Shown here: positions 51,340-64,000 of the stretch, one piece after another | How positions within the stretch are numbered: position 1 is the first letter of the stretch | Layout: each line of letters opens with the position of its first letter | NCBI GenBank assembly: GCA_030141605.1 | Contig: JAQGDQ010000037.1 | Span: 124,001 to 188,000, forward strand | DNA length: 64,000 bases | From: Tubiluchus corallicola | Taxonomy: Eukaryota > Animalia > Priapulida | Direction of reading: 5' to 3' | Notes under the pieces: generated by a model | What the model saw: the letters and a program-made list of their open reading frames with translations, nothing else | Databases searched by the model: none | Told to the model about the DNA's origin: nothing | Translations under genes and position numbers: made by a program

Positions 51340-52360
51340 AGGTCCGAAATTAGTCTATGATGTCTCGGTTCAGCGGTTCACTGACTGTACTTCACCTTTT
51401 CCAAGGTGAGCACAACCTGTTTAGTGTGCAAGAACAGATTATATTCTTTTGACGTCGTTCTATGGTCATTCCTGGTTCTGCATACGAGTGTCACCCTTCT
51501 CCTTCATTACATTTCGTTATAACAGCTATATTTTTTCTCTTGATTGCATAATTTCTCTAAATGCCCTTACTAATCCTTACGTTATACTTATTTATTATTC
51601 TTTCAGACTTCTCACTACTTAATGTTCTATTGTATCTTCCTGAATCCTGCATTTAGGGCATAGTAAATCTTCCCATTTGTTTCTTTTGTAATTGCATTTC
51701 AATTCTTTCATGTTCAAATTATTTTTCATTATATTTACTATATCTGCAACACACCACACTTATTGATATTCGTTGTTTCTCATATTTCTCACCATCAAGG
51801 TATCTTAATTTTGCATTCTCTGCACTTCATCTTTATATTCCTGTAATGTTTTTTTCTGTTTTATAGCTTTCTTATTTCTTTTTTCCATGTTGATTCTTTA
51901 ATTTCACCAGTTTTTATTTGCTTAATCTTGTCCTTCTTTCCATATTTATCTATGATTTCATATATTTCTGAATACCTGCAATCTTTATATGCCATTTTCC
52001 TTGCTCAAGTACTATTTGTTTGCTCATCTGTTTCCATCTGAATTCATCGACGAATAATAAAACATAGCCTTTTTATAGTCGACCCGTTTCTGCATAGGCC
52101 TCGAACCTGTTTCTGCTAACATGCCCTAGTACTTAGTGCTAGTTTATTTTATTGAGAATTCTTCTTAGCATCGCCTTTTGTATTCTATCCAAGTTCTCCC
52201 ATTCATCTTTTTTAATATTTGTCCATATTTCACAATTGTTCAATACTGACAAGATTATCATAGTTTCATACATAAGTAATCTTGTGTGCGTTGTTTTTTA
52301 CCTACATTTTGCTCATTTTGATTCTCATTATTTTTCGTGTCTGAAAAATAATGCAACGGG
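51340..52360 (-). mobile_element. Degenerate LINE ORF2 C-terminal fragment
   Basis: LNNCEIWTNIKKDEWENLDRIQKAMLRRIL resembles the post-RT LYxCExW...Q...LRRIL motif. Confidence 0.6.
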
Positions 52361-53438
52361 ACTCGATCTTGAGAAAGACAACAAGGAACAAAAATGGTTA
52401 AACGGGAAGCTGGAAAAGGGAATTTGAAATTAAGTTTTATTATAAGCAACGATTCCTAATAATATATGTTTTTAGTGAGCCAGTGACAGTTTTTATGTTA
52501 TTGATGCATTCTGTATGGGATAGCCAAACTCTCAGTCAGTTTTGATGAATAATGTAACTGTACTAGTCGATCTATACGATTATAATGGTTAATATAACAT
52601 AACTATGTTAGTTTCTTTATAATGTATCTATAATCTGCAGTTGTACATCTATAATATTTTTCATCTTGTACTTGACAATGTACGCAATGTTAATTGCATA
52701 TTTGAGCAATAAACCGAATTGAATTGAATTTAAGAGTTCACTTGTCAAAAAAGCGTGAATCTTGAAAATTAATTTTGGTATTTTACTATTACATCCCTGT
52801 CCTAGACTTTTTATATGTTTTAGTAAATTTAACACTGCAGTTATGTAATTCAGTGAATACTCATTTTGTGACAATAAGTTGATTTAGCTGTAGCAGCAGT
52901 AGTAATTTATTGTCAAAAAATATTGACTTGAATCTACCACTGTTCTAAGTAATAACACTGTAATGTAATAATTTCATCAATATTAATGGATTATATAATA
53001 TTAGAATATCAGTATTTTTAGTTTTGTTTACACTTAAACAATATCATTAGCCTATCGCTAACGGAAATGGTGTGTAAAACACCCATAACAACTTTATTAG
53101 TTATCATTCTGCCATGAAGTTGCCAGTAGCTGTCTATTCTGTGTTTAAGTCATCTGTCTACTGGCATATTGGTGTCAAAGATGCCATTTGAGTACAATTT
53201 CATGAATTGTTTACAAGTGTCTAAGATCAGTGTTTTAAAGAATCAGAATCCATTAGCATACTAAGCAGTTAATGGCTTTCAAGTTAAGAGTAAATAAAGT
53301 CTAGATTGTTAGACATTAGAAGAACAAAATTGCATTGTACGCATTATTTTTGTCATTTGTTTGCCTAAAACTGAAAGAGCGATTATTGCACTGCCATTCT
53401 ATTTTAATTTTTTTAGTAACATTTTGTTGAATGCAAAG

Positions 53439-56400
53439 ATGCCAGTACTCTATCCTGACCTCACTCAGTATACTAGTGATCCGGGTAAGGTGTCAATGTC
53501 GCTTCCAAATAACACCGTTTCACTGCTTGGGATCCCAGACAGCTCGTTGGAGATGAGTGCATGCCTAGTAGACAAGTACTTAGCTGAAGATCGGGGCTAC
53601 CCAGAACTTTCTGAACTTTTGCAGACCCCATCACATGGTCAGCTATGTTTTATTTCAACATTGCAACTAGACATAGCAAACTTAAACTAACAACAATCGT
53701 GTTATAAAATAACGATATGCTTCTGTATGTTTATCATGAAAAAAATTTAGCGATGAAAAAATGATTACATTATTTTCGTTAATTATGTCTAACACTGATA
53801 TGATATGGTAATGTAGAAATTTTAAAATAAAGAGTCACGGTTTTAATGTGACTAATTATATTGCAATGAGAGTGTATCTAACAAGAAAGTTATTATTTTA
53901 AAGTTCCACAGTGCAAGTTATTTGGGGTGTCAAGTACTTTGCCTTGCTACATGTATGTATTTCATATGTGTTGCAGTGCTTGGTAATTTATTCCTTGAAT
54001 ATGTTTTAGATATTGCTACTGTTAGTGGTTTGAGTGATGTAGATTATCCTAATTTCACTACTCAACAACTACCTCTTTCGTCATTACCGCAAATGAGTGA
54101 CATCAAGAAAGTTCCTCTTCCTCCGGAGCTTGTTGAACAGTTTGGTCACATGCAGTGTAACTGTAACATGGGTGCATTTCCAGAAATTAGCCGTGCCTGG
54201 CTCACTATTGATAGCGACATATTTGTTTGGAACTATGAAGACGGGTAGGCATTCGTCAAATTATTTACTCATTGTATTTGTTCTACATTCTTGCAGTACA
54301 TTTTTAAATTATATGCCTTCAAACAGATCTTGTTTGTTATATCATTTTCAATTTTTTTGCCATACTGAATCAATAAATGAGTTTCATCTTGAATACTGAG
54401 AGTGCATATTTGTTGATAAATTTTACATAGGGATATAGTAATAGAATAATCTCAGTTTTTTGTACACTTTTAACAACCCATTTCTTGCTTTCTTGCTATC
54501 CCCTGGTTGTATATTCTACAATTTAGTCATTTTTAAAAATTTGTTTTTTTTCTAGTGGGGATTTGGCATATTTTGATGGTCTTAATGAAACTATCTTGAG
54601 TGTAGCTCTAGTGAAGCCTAAACCGAGTAAGTTTCCTAGTAAACTTTTTTCATGAATTTCAATCCTTTTTCTCGTGTTTCTTGTAAAATTTGAAACTTGC
54701 CATTTAGGCATGTCTAACTTTTGTTCTTTGCTGATACTCTATTAAACTTCAATGAATTTAATTCAGAAATATTTGTTTTAATTTTCAAGAATTTCAACTA
54801 CTCTGTGTTAAAAGTGATTAATAAATAGAGACTATTATTTTACAGGAATTTTCCAGCACCACATAGAATTTCTATTGTGCTTAACAACACCTGTGGATAT
54901 TGTGCTACTTGGTGTCAGCTTTTTAAAAACTCAGGATAGTAAGTAGTCTGGCAAATTTGTAAGTTGTGTATAAACTTTTTTGAGTACCATTCTACTGATT
55001 AAATTTTTATTGTGTTATGTATTTATCTATGAAATTATTATATAGGAATAATCAGCTGGATGGTCACTGTTTCTGCTTGGCTGCGCTGCAACAGTTGAGC
55101 AGCGCTTAGATTAGTTAAAAAATACATAGGTGACTGTCAGGAAAACTGCCACTGTGCAGTTTTCAGTTTTCATGTGCTCTATTATCTCTAGCTATTTTTC
55201 TCATTGAAGAGGTGATAATTACACATACAGAATACTTACTGCTCAGTATTACCTCTCAGGAGATTATTGTTTGTATGGAGCTAGGTTCTAGTCCCCACAC
55301 AACCATTTATCAGTTGGCCTGTGTAGAATATTGTTGTAAATGTGTTGTTTGAAAATAAAGACTTATGACTAGTTGTTGTAGGACTTGGTGCCGAGTCCTG
55401 GATGGCAGTCTAATGTGTACTAAATCACATGCAGAAACCTGTTTCCACTTTACTTTTTGTTACTACTACGTTTTTGAGGAATAACTTCAACCAGTTGTTT
55501 CTTTGTGAGAATCAAGTATCTATCGCGAATTAAAAATATTTCTTGTCTCTTTTTGTATGTGGCTTTGTTTCCATTAGTTGTTCACTTTGCCTGCACACAT
55601 CAGATTTTAAATTTATTCATTTTTGTATGTATGCATACTTTTGGTGCAGGACTTGGGAGTACAAGTCAGCAGTATTCTGAAATGCATTTATTACCAGACC
55701 CTCTGTTCTCTATTCCAACGGATAACACATACATCACAAGTATAACCGGAGCAGATAATGGTCGTATTTTTATGTCTGGCAAAGATGGTTGCTTGTATGA
55801 ACTTTATTATCAGGTACTGCTTCATGCGTTGTCATTAATATTTTATTGGGTTAGTACTAGATTGCACCGACTGTGTCTCACTGTATTACTTGTAAACAGT
55901 GTTTGGAATGTGATACACAAACGAAATACACGAACGACTGCTACTCAATGCACAAGTGAAACGAACGAAATTTTCGGCATTTACAATAATACATGAATGA
56001 AATGAACGAAAATTGAAAAAATAACGACAATAGGTGAAAAACAACAGCGACCAAAAACCTACAACAGTCTATTAAATAGTTGATAATAATTAAAATTAAA
56101 AACACACATTTTTTAGGCACCATTGTAGATCATAAGATTATCTGTACGTTAGACTAGAGAATGCTGGCACTCTTTTTAGAATTGCTTTTATAATCTAATA
56201 ATCTAATAGCACTATTTACAATTAGTATAATTTTGTACTTCAGTACAATTAGTATTAATCTTTTTATGGACATTTGCAAAAATAAAAATAGTGTAAATAT
56301 TAGCAGTATAGGTTGTTATTGCTCGTGGTAAAGAAGCTGCCAGTTAAGCTGTCATAATCAGTGGTCTACTTTTGCTTATATGATTAACTTAACGTCAATT

Positions 56401-59400
56401 TTGATTCTCATGAATTATGACAAAGATTCTCAATTTCGTTTGCCAGAGTAGATAAAATTGATATAACAAACGGCAATCAACAAGTGTGAAAACAAGTTAC
56501 AATCAGCTTGAGAGCATTTGTGTTATGCTTAATCATTCTCATTTAATTGATAATAATAATATGGACGTCAAACATTGACTTTGTCAACAAAAGTGCTTGT
56601 ACATGATTTACTTAGGTTATTAGCCTTTATGACAGTTTATACTGTAATTTTATTATGACTAACTTATGTGTAAAATGGATTATAAACAGCTGAAGCAATA
56701 GGCTCGTATATAAATTAATCAGTTGGCTAGTATAAATATATGATGTGTGATACATGTAACCGCAAAAGTAAATGTAGGTTAAATGTAAATGAGAAAAAAG
56801 TAGATGAACTCCAAACACTGTTTGCTTGGTAAAAAAATCTGAAAAAAGTAAATTTGAAATTAAATTTATGCAAAGACCAATCATTATGAGATAATTGCAA
56901 TATGTCTGTAAAATGAAAGTTTACAACTGTAATTTGTCATATTAGCTCGGGTCTTATAAAAGGTTTGATTACGCACTCTGTCTGTCATACTTTTCTCGAT
57001 TCCAATCCAAAAATATTCATCCACTATCCAGTTTCAAAAGTACTTATACAATTGAGCTAAAATTTAGTGTGATAATTAGTTAGGATGTCCTTTTTGGAAG
57101 ACAAAAAATTTGTAGCGGTTTCTTAATTAGTTAATCAATTAGAGCTCTTATATTAATTAATTAATTAATGTTAAATCGATTTAAATTGCGTGTTTTTATG
57201 ATCCATATGAGTTGAAATTTGTCAGGATAATTAGCTAGGATGTCCTTCGTTCAAAAAGAAATAGCACTTTGTTAATTAGTTAGAGCTATTAATCAATTTT
57301 AAATTGATTTAAATTGCTTATTCACATGATCCTATCAAGTTAAAATTTGGTGGGATGATTAATTAGGATGTCATCAGTGCCAAAACAAAAAATTGTAGCT
57401 ATTTGCTAAGTAATTAATTAATTACTGGTTCAATATGATTCAAATAATAGAATAGGAAGAGCAGCAGTGCATGGCACCTAAAATTTTTCTAAACCCCCAT
57501 TCATCTGATGGTCTTGAGCCATTTCTGGAGTGTTGTAGTCTGTATTTGTCCTTGCAAACCTTGGTATTTGGATATTAAATCTCTAGATTTTTTTCCCGAA
57601 GTGCATCTAGTGAATCCTTCCTTTTTGTTTGTTTGATATGATTTACATGCATATTTAAACTACGTTATTATAACTGTACACTTTTTTACATTGTCATTTT
57701 TTCTAGGCAGAAGATGGATGGTTTAGCAGAAAATGTCGTAAAATAAATCATTCAACCAGCTCTTTTTCTTTCCTTGTTCCATCTTTTCTTAGTTTCTCTT
57801 TTATAGAAGAAGGTGAGTGTGAATTAGAATAGTGAAGTTACATGCAGCAGAAAATGTAAAGCATTTCCATCTGCCATTTAGTTTTGATCCTATTGTTGGC
57901 ACATAATTCTCAGCATTATAACTGTCACTGTTGAAAACGGGCATTTTATTTAAATGTTACTTTACAAATGACTATGGCTACATCTTTATGTCTTTAAATA
58001 TTTGATTCTATTGATATTTTTCAGATCCGCTTGTTCAAATTGTTATTGATGACTCCAGACATATTCTGTACACACGTTCAGAAAAGGGAACAATTCAGGT
58101 AAATTTTATAATATGAATTTATTGTCTGTGAAGTTAGTCTCTTAGTGAAGTAACGTCAGGTGAATTAGTGTAACAATCCTTCCTGGACAGTTGTGTGTTA
58201 GTTATGTGTTGTGACCTTGATCCTCTGGATTCTCATAAAACGTCACAACGAGAATTTGCTTAGATTCTGGCAAAACATAACGAAGTTCTGGCCCTGGGTG
58301 CCAGTTATAAATCTATCAGTAGAGAGTCCATGTTTTAGCTTTCAATCACGCATAAATTCATAACCTTGCGCTGTATTTACTTGCTGTCCATGTATTTGGC
58401 AAAACCAAATTGATAAATATATCATTCCTACTCTATGCTACTGTGAGTGCTGTTCTCGAATGTAATTACAAAGAATATAATTGATTATTTTTATTAACAG
58501 CTTTTTTATAGAAATAAGCATATTTTTACTTTTATATATAAAATTAATAACTTTGCTATTGAACCTAACTTGTTTTTTAAAAAAAAATAAAATGTGTTTC
58601 CTTTATTGACAGGGAAGGCTTATTACTTGTGCTATTTTCTTTTGACCCTATAATTGAAAGTTAATTATGTTTTTATGCACCTAGGTATATGACTTAGGCA
58701 GTGATGGCATGCAAATGTCACGTGTAGCATCGTTGTCACAACAAACAGTTGTATATAATGCTATGACCATTGCCAGGTATGAAGCAATTAAATTATTTGA
58801 TAAATCTGTAGATCCTGTTATCGCTGAAATAGTATGCGTTATTTAGTTTATTTACACAGTAGTGTGATTGCCATGCCCATAGGCAATTCCTAAATCAGTT
58901 CATAACAGGTTTATAGTGAAACGTAGAACTTGTTGAAAGGAAAAGCCAAGCCTTCTGCAAACCTTGGCTTATTTTAATATTTGCAAAAAATGTTAGGATT
59001 TAGTAATAAAAGTGTGATAAGCGCCTCGTGTCATTAGTATAATCACTTTAAAATTGCAGTCATTTGTCCATTTTGAATGCCACCTTTCCACCATTCGTCG
59101 ACTAAAGAGAAGTAGTGCACAGTCAATTTGTGTGAAAAATATAAGAACGCTAGGTAATGTGCAGAAGTATGAATTATTTTAACCACCGTGCACTTGCAGA
59201 ATACCACTATGCGCTTACGAAAAGTCACAAAACCACCAGTTATGCCAGCATCTTCAAGCGAGTGGCGACAACCACTGTGCCTGAACATTTCTGAACAGCA
59301 GTAGTGCAAATTAACTTTATGTTCTATGGACTGTTTTTTTTTGCAAAATGCTTTGTTACATTTTTTTAAGTTTAAGTGATAACAGTAACATAAACCCAAA

Positions 59401-62400
59401 ATGCTAAGTGACTTGTCCCTTCCTTTAAAGTTATCAGTTCACTACAATAACGTGTTAAGTAATGGCCTCACTACCATTTCGCATTAATTTTTCAAAATTA
59501 TTAAAATACAAAAATGAGACACGATATATATTGTGTGACATTGAAAATATCATATGCAAGATATAAGAAGCCTGTGTGTCATTAACAGTGCCCATTATGT
59601 ATTACGAAATATGTGGTGGCAAATCTGTTATGAAATATCCTAACATTACAAACTGTATTTTTTTAAATGCATTTCTGCACTCTGCACAGCATTCCAGTAC
59701 TTAAAGGCAGTGTCTACTTAATGTAGTTGTTTGTAGCAAAATTGGAACTTAGGTCATTTCCAAAGATAATTATATAAGGTGGGGTACTGAACCAACTGAG
59801 GTGTCTTAGTCACGTTCATATGTGTGTGTATTCCTCTGTTTCAATGGAAGAAATAACCAGGGTCAATACAGCAGGTGAAACAAATAAGTACTTTTCTCAA
59901 CAAACCCCACGTGTTTACTAATTAGTGCTAGCATTGCTTACCTAGGTAGCCAAGTAATGGTCTTGAGTTTCAGTTTTCTACTTACCTCAGAGTGTAATAT
60001 ACACATTTCAACATAAGTCAGGCTCTTAGTTTCAAATATTTAGCAATGATTGTGATTCGTCTTTTAAAGAGGTTTTGATTGTTTTTAATCAGTCAATTTT
60101 GAATCCTTCACTTTTTTTGGATGGCTGTGAGGCCGAGTGTTGATTTCGGACTGTAATCACACAATCTTGAGTTCGATACTAGTGGCTGCCAATGCCATAT
60201 ATCTTACATGTTATTCGTTGTTTGTGTGTTGCATCCTTACCTATTTTGTTTTAAGTGTAAGTGGCTAAATTACTCTTAGTGGTAGTGTTGTCTGTTAAAC
60301 GAGCGAAGGTTAATATATTTTGTCTTTGTCTTTTTATCTTTTGGAATGACAAAATTTTTGCATTGAATTTATTACAGAACGATAGATCGAACCAATTTCA
60401 AGCCTATAGTACACATTTCACCTTTGTCTAGAACTGAGTCATACAATGTGGACCTTGTTGCAGTTACGTATTCCGGTAAGATAGCATTAATTATGTCTTT
60501 AATCTTATCCACTATGTACAGGCTCGTGCAGTATGTCTTAAGATATATGTTGCTTACATATAGTGTGTTAATAATTTTTTTATTTTACTCCTGATGTTAT
60601 CATCGGGCACTTTAATTTTGCTTAGTCAGCTGCAAACTTGATCTAAATTTTTACTTAATTTTGTTATCTTTTGTGATAGAGTTTGTATCTGAAGATAGAG
60701 TTAAGTATGTGTTATTATATTAGGTAAAATTGCTAGCTTGTTTACTTTCCATGCAGTGTAAAGGTTACATTAATTTGTATTCTAAATTTTTGAAAATGGA
60801 ATTTATTGCTGATTGGTTTCAAACAGTACTACACTACTGTTCATTATCAAAACATTTAAAACGAAGAAATTTACCAGAATTTAGAAACAGCTTTGAAGCA
60901 CAATTCTGCAGTTAAAAGCCAAATGATATATAATATAACTAACCATAATTATACATATATATATATATATACTTCATTTGGCTTTTAACTGCAAAATTAT
61001 ACTTCAAAGTTGTTTCTAAATTCTGGTAAATTTCTTTGTTTTAGATGCCTTGATAATCAACAGTGTTGTTCAAAACCGGTCAGCAATAATTCCATTTTCA
61101 AGAAGTAATGTTTGTTTGCCAAAAATGGATAAATCTGTATTTTAAATGTTTCATTTTTTGCTAGGTGTGCGATTATACTTCACAACAAATCCATTTTACA
61201 GCAGCAATACATCAAGACCATACATGCTAACACTGGTGCACATACGTTTACCACCTGGCTTTTGTGCAACTGCGCCACCTCAGAGACCTAATCACGTTCA
61301 TTTAGCTCACTATAGGAAAGGTATGGTAGTGATAACAACATTAACAACATGTGTAATTCTGTGTTTGTGAAGATAAATCTTGAGTACATTTTTTTATGCA
61401 CAGTATTCAACACATTTGAAATTTTTTTTTATACAGTTAAGTCCTCGCTTAATGACTCCCCATTTAGCGACGTTTCATTTTCATGATGTAGAGCATTTAG
61501 TGCCCTTTTCTCGTTGAACGACGCACTTTTCAATTTAAGGATGATTTATCTACTTTACTCACAGCCATATTTTATTTTATCAACAACTTTTTTTAACTAA
61601 TTTAAAGCATTAAAATCGTACATATTGCGTTAGTCAGTTCTAAAATCGCATTAGTAAACTAAATAGTGCAATTAAATTAATGTTTTGTTTCCTGACTCAC
61701 TACTTACTAAATTCTAGCCGTTTTATTCAAATGAGAGCTATTTGCCAACTTATACACCTCCAGACACCCGAGTTTAACTTTATGCCAAGGAATTTTATTT
61801 GTAACCAGATTAGTACTACATGAAATTGTCTTAAGGTCGCCCTTCTAGGACTTGACATTTGCTACGCATTGTTTAACTGGTAACCGCCTATACATAGACT
61901 TCAACTTTAAGAAAAGAGAAACTGCTTGCATCTAGCTGAATAATAGTAAGAAAGATGTGTGGTTTCAAGCAAATAGGAAGAAATTAATCAGTAGAAATAG
62001 GAATAGAACTCATAAAATATTTCATTTACATGATTTAAGCCGCATTGATTTTTGCCTCTGGAACATATCTCAGTTCTTTTACATTACTTTCTGTGGAAGT
62101 CTTGGTTTCATTTAACGACCTTTCGCTTAACGTCTCGTCTTGTTGGAATGCATTAGCGTCATTAAGTGACGACTTACTGTATATATTTCAAGATTTTAAG
62201 TATTTAAAATTTCTTTTATGAAGTTTGGCATTAAATCCTGTTTCTGTTTTGAACAAAATAAACTTGGTATAATTGCTGTAAGTTTGAATTACCTTATTTA
62301 GTAAACCATTTATTGATCTGAATTTCTAGAACTACATCTGTATCACAAAAATAAGTTGTCAGTGTTTGGCTGTACCATAAGCACTTCACAATGTGATGAA

Positions 62401-63011
62401 CTCGCATATCTTCCCGTTTTTAGAAATTCCGCTTATTGCAGTTTTTGCTTCCAGCTTGACATTGTCAAAAAAAACATTTAACTGACAGACAGACTGAATA
62501 TAATTTTAACAACTTTTGTGCAATTCTGTGTTTGGAAACTGTAATGATTTTGTTGCACTTGTATTACTCTGTACTGTTGAATTTTAGGTACTTTATTGCT
62601 GGCTGCTTCTGAGAATGAGGACGATGATGCTCTTTGGTGCTTGAGTAGTGATGCTTTTCCTTTTCAAAAACAGCTAATGGAAACGCAGGTAAAATAAAAA
62701 AGAACCATAACTCCAATGAAGTATAACTTCAATTTTTATAGTATTGTTCATTTAATATTCTCTGTGTGGTAAAAGTGAAGAGTAATTAGTTTCGTGTGTT
62801 GTTATTTTATGAATTAATACTCTCATACATTATCATGTAGAGTAAGCTGCAAATCGACGGGAGAGCGTGGATGCTAACTGAGGTACCAAGCAAAGTTTCT
62901 ACTTGGAGTTACACCATAGGAAACTTACCAGGACTGTTAATGACAGAACCGCCGGCAGTTGTAACACAGCATGTGCTGCCATCTAGGCGATTTGTTATAC
63001 TTACACGACAG
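53439..63011 (+). CDS. NUP155: Nuclear pore complex protein Nup155, N-terminal beta-propeller region (gene continues beyond the window)
   Basis: Exons 53439-53637, 54010-54244, 54556-54626, 54846-54938, 55650-55813, 57707-57812, 58025-58098, 58685-58776, 60378-60475, 61165-61320, 62588-62688, 62841-63011. Motifs [62 protein letters not shown] and [10 protein letters not shown]. Confidence 0.97.
55040..55460 (+). mobile_element. Possible SINE-like interspersed repeat in a NUP155 intron
   Basis: GC-richer block ending in an (ACTTT)-like tail; family not recognised. Confidence 0.3.
57040..57430. repeat. Degenerate tandem repeat, three units of ~130-160 bp
   Basis: Recurrent aaattt..gataattag.taggatgtc at ~57060, ~57215 and ~57340. 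Confidence 0.65.
60122..60191 (+). pseudogene. tRNA-like sequence (probable tRNA-derived SINE head or pseudo-tRNA)
   Basis: A-box-like GGCCGAGTG, anticodon-loop-like GACTGTAATC, B-box-like GAGTTCGATAC; stems are imperfect. Confidence 0.4.
60793..61098. repeat. Long inverted repeat / foldback element
   Basis: Arms of ~130 bp (for example aagaaatttaccagaatttagaaac / gtttctaaattctggtaaatttctt and gcagttaaaagccaaatga / tcatttggcttttaactgc) around an AT-rich spacer. Confidence 0.9.
61434..62179. mobile_element. Tigger/pogo-like MITE
   Basis: TIRs CAGTTAAGTCCTCGCTTAATGAC / GTCATTAAGTGACGACTTACTG, TA TSD. Confidence 0.8.
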
Positions 63012-63699
63012 GTAGTTTCATCCTTTTGTGAAACTTTTGAAGTTATTTTGCTTCTTTTCGTTACGTGTGTTTGCAGCATTGATCACAGGTGACATATATT
63101 TTTATTCAATCTAGATGGACATTTCTGTTTAGTAGAGAATACATTTCCTTGTTCCTAAGTAAATTTCTGGTTGTTACTTGCTTTTTAATAACCACCTGCT
63201 CTTAAATGCCGAAAGGCAATTTTTGACACTGACACCTTTTTATTTATTGGTTAACCAGATATGTACTGGTTAATCAAACAGCTTAGCATGAACATTGTGA
63301 CTCAATGTGAGGGTGTCATGTTTTAATTTTAATAGACACTGTTGCTTCAACTGGGAAATTCACTTAATTCACTTATTTTTGGACCTATTCTATAAATGGG
63401 GCCTTGTCATCACTCCTGTCACACATTTCGCTGTCACCTCGTTGTGGACGCAGTAAAAGTTTTATGAATCTGCTAGTGGATGTAGTAATTCTTCATGCAT
63501 GTTTTTCTGTCAGACTTGTATTGAAGCCATGATGCAGTGTAAAACAGATTTTTTCGGATCACCCAATCGATCAATAACACAAAAATGTGGTAATTTGTAC
63601 TCCAAAATTACTGAACTTGGAAAAGCAGGCAATGGTCTAAGTTTACAATTGACGAATATAAAACTAACTTGATTAATGGTCCCAGATATGAAGACATAG

Positions 63700-64000
63700 T
63701 AGCTGGTAAACAGGATGCTGGGCCCCTGGCAATGGCTATTCAAAACTCTGTGAAATCCGCATTAAAAAGCAAAAAACTCAAAAAAAGAATTGATACTTTC
63801 TGGGTGGGAGGAAGAGTCTGAAGCTTCACGTGATAAGCAGACTGTCAGGGACATCTGTGAGGACTTAGGCTGTAATTTTACCTGTGTAAGTGAACTGATT
63901 CATCTAGGACGAGCAAATAAAGACTACCCTAGATTGCTAAAAATTTGTTTCTCAAGCAAAATGGATGCAAGATCCTTTAAAGGAGCATTTGAGCAAAGAC
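63700..64000 (+). mobile_element. LINE ORF1 relic (RRM-like), continuing beyond the window
   Basis: NLILSGWEEESE..DKQTVRDIC..LGRANKDYPRLLKICF, typical of CR1/L2 ORF1. Confidence 0.65.

Noticed and set aside
60122-60191. Functional tRNA-Tyr gene
   Set aside because: Acceptor, D and T stems pair poorly; kept only as tRNA-like.

Overview
AT-rich, intron-rich eukaryotic DNA, most likely from an invertebrate metazoan; no prokaryotic features or CRISPR arrays are present. Five spliced host genes were reconstructed by hand: (1) the last three exons of a gustatory-receptor-like (GRL/7TM ion channel) gene, which the ORF track misses (+, 397-2991); (2) a WSCD-family sulfotransferase with one degenerate WSC domain (-, 21163-8569); (3) FAXDC2 (+, 31732-34875); (4) MCFD2 with two duplicated alternative terminal EF-hand exons, each preceded by a homologous, potentially structured intronic element (-, 45557-39556); (5) the 5' part of NUP155 (+, 53439 to beyond the window). 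Mobile DNA includes a young, intact Gypsy LTR retrotransposon with TA...TA termini and an apparent self-priming site in place of a tRNA PBS, a 5S-rRNA-headed SINE with a 10-bp TSD, a solo LTR, a decayed BEL/Pao element, a Penelope relic, many LINE fragments, several MITE/foldback elements and microsatellites. All gene models and family calls come from reading motifs and splice signals by eye; no database searches were run.
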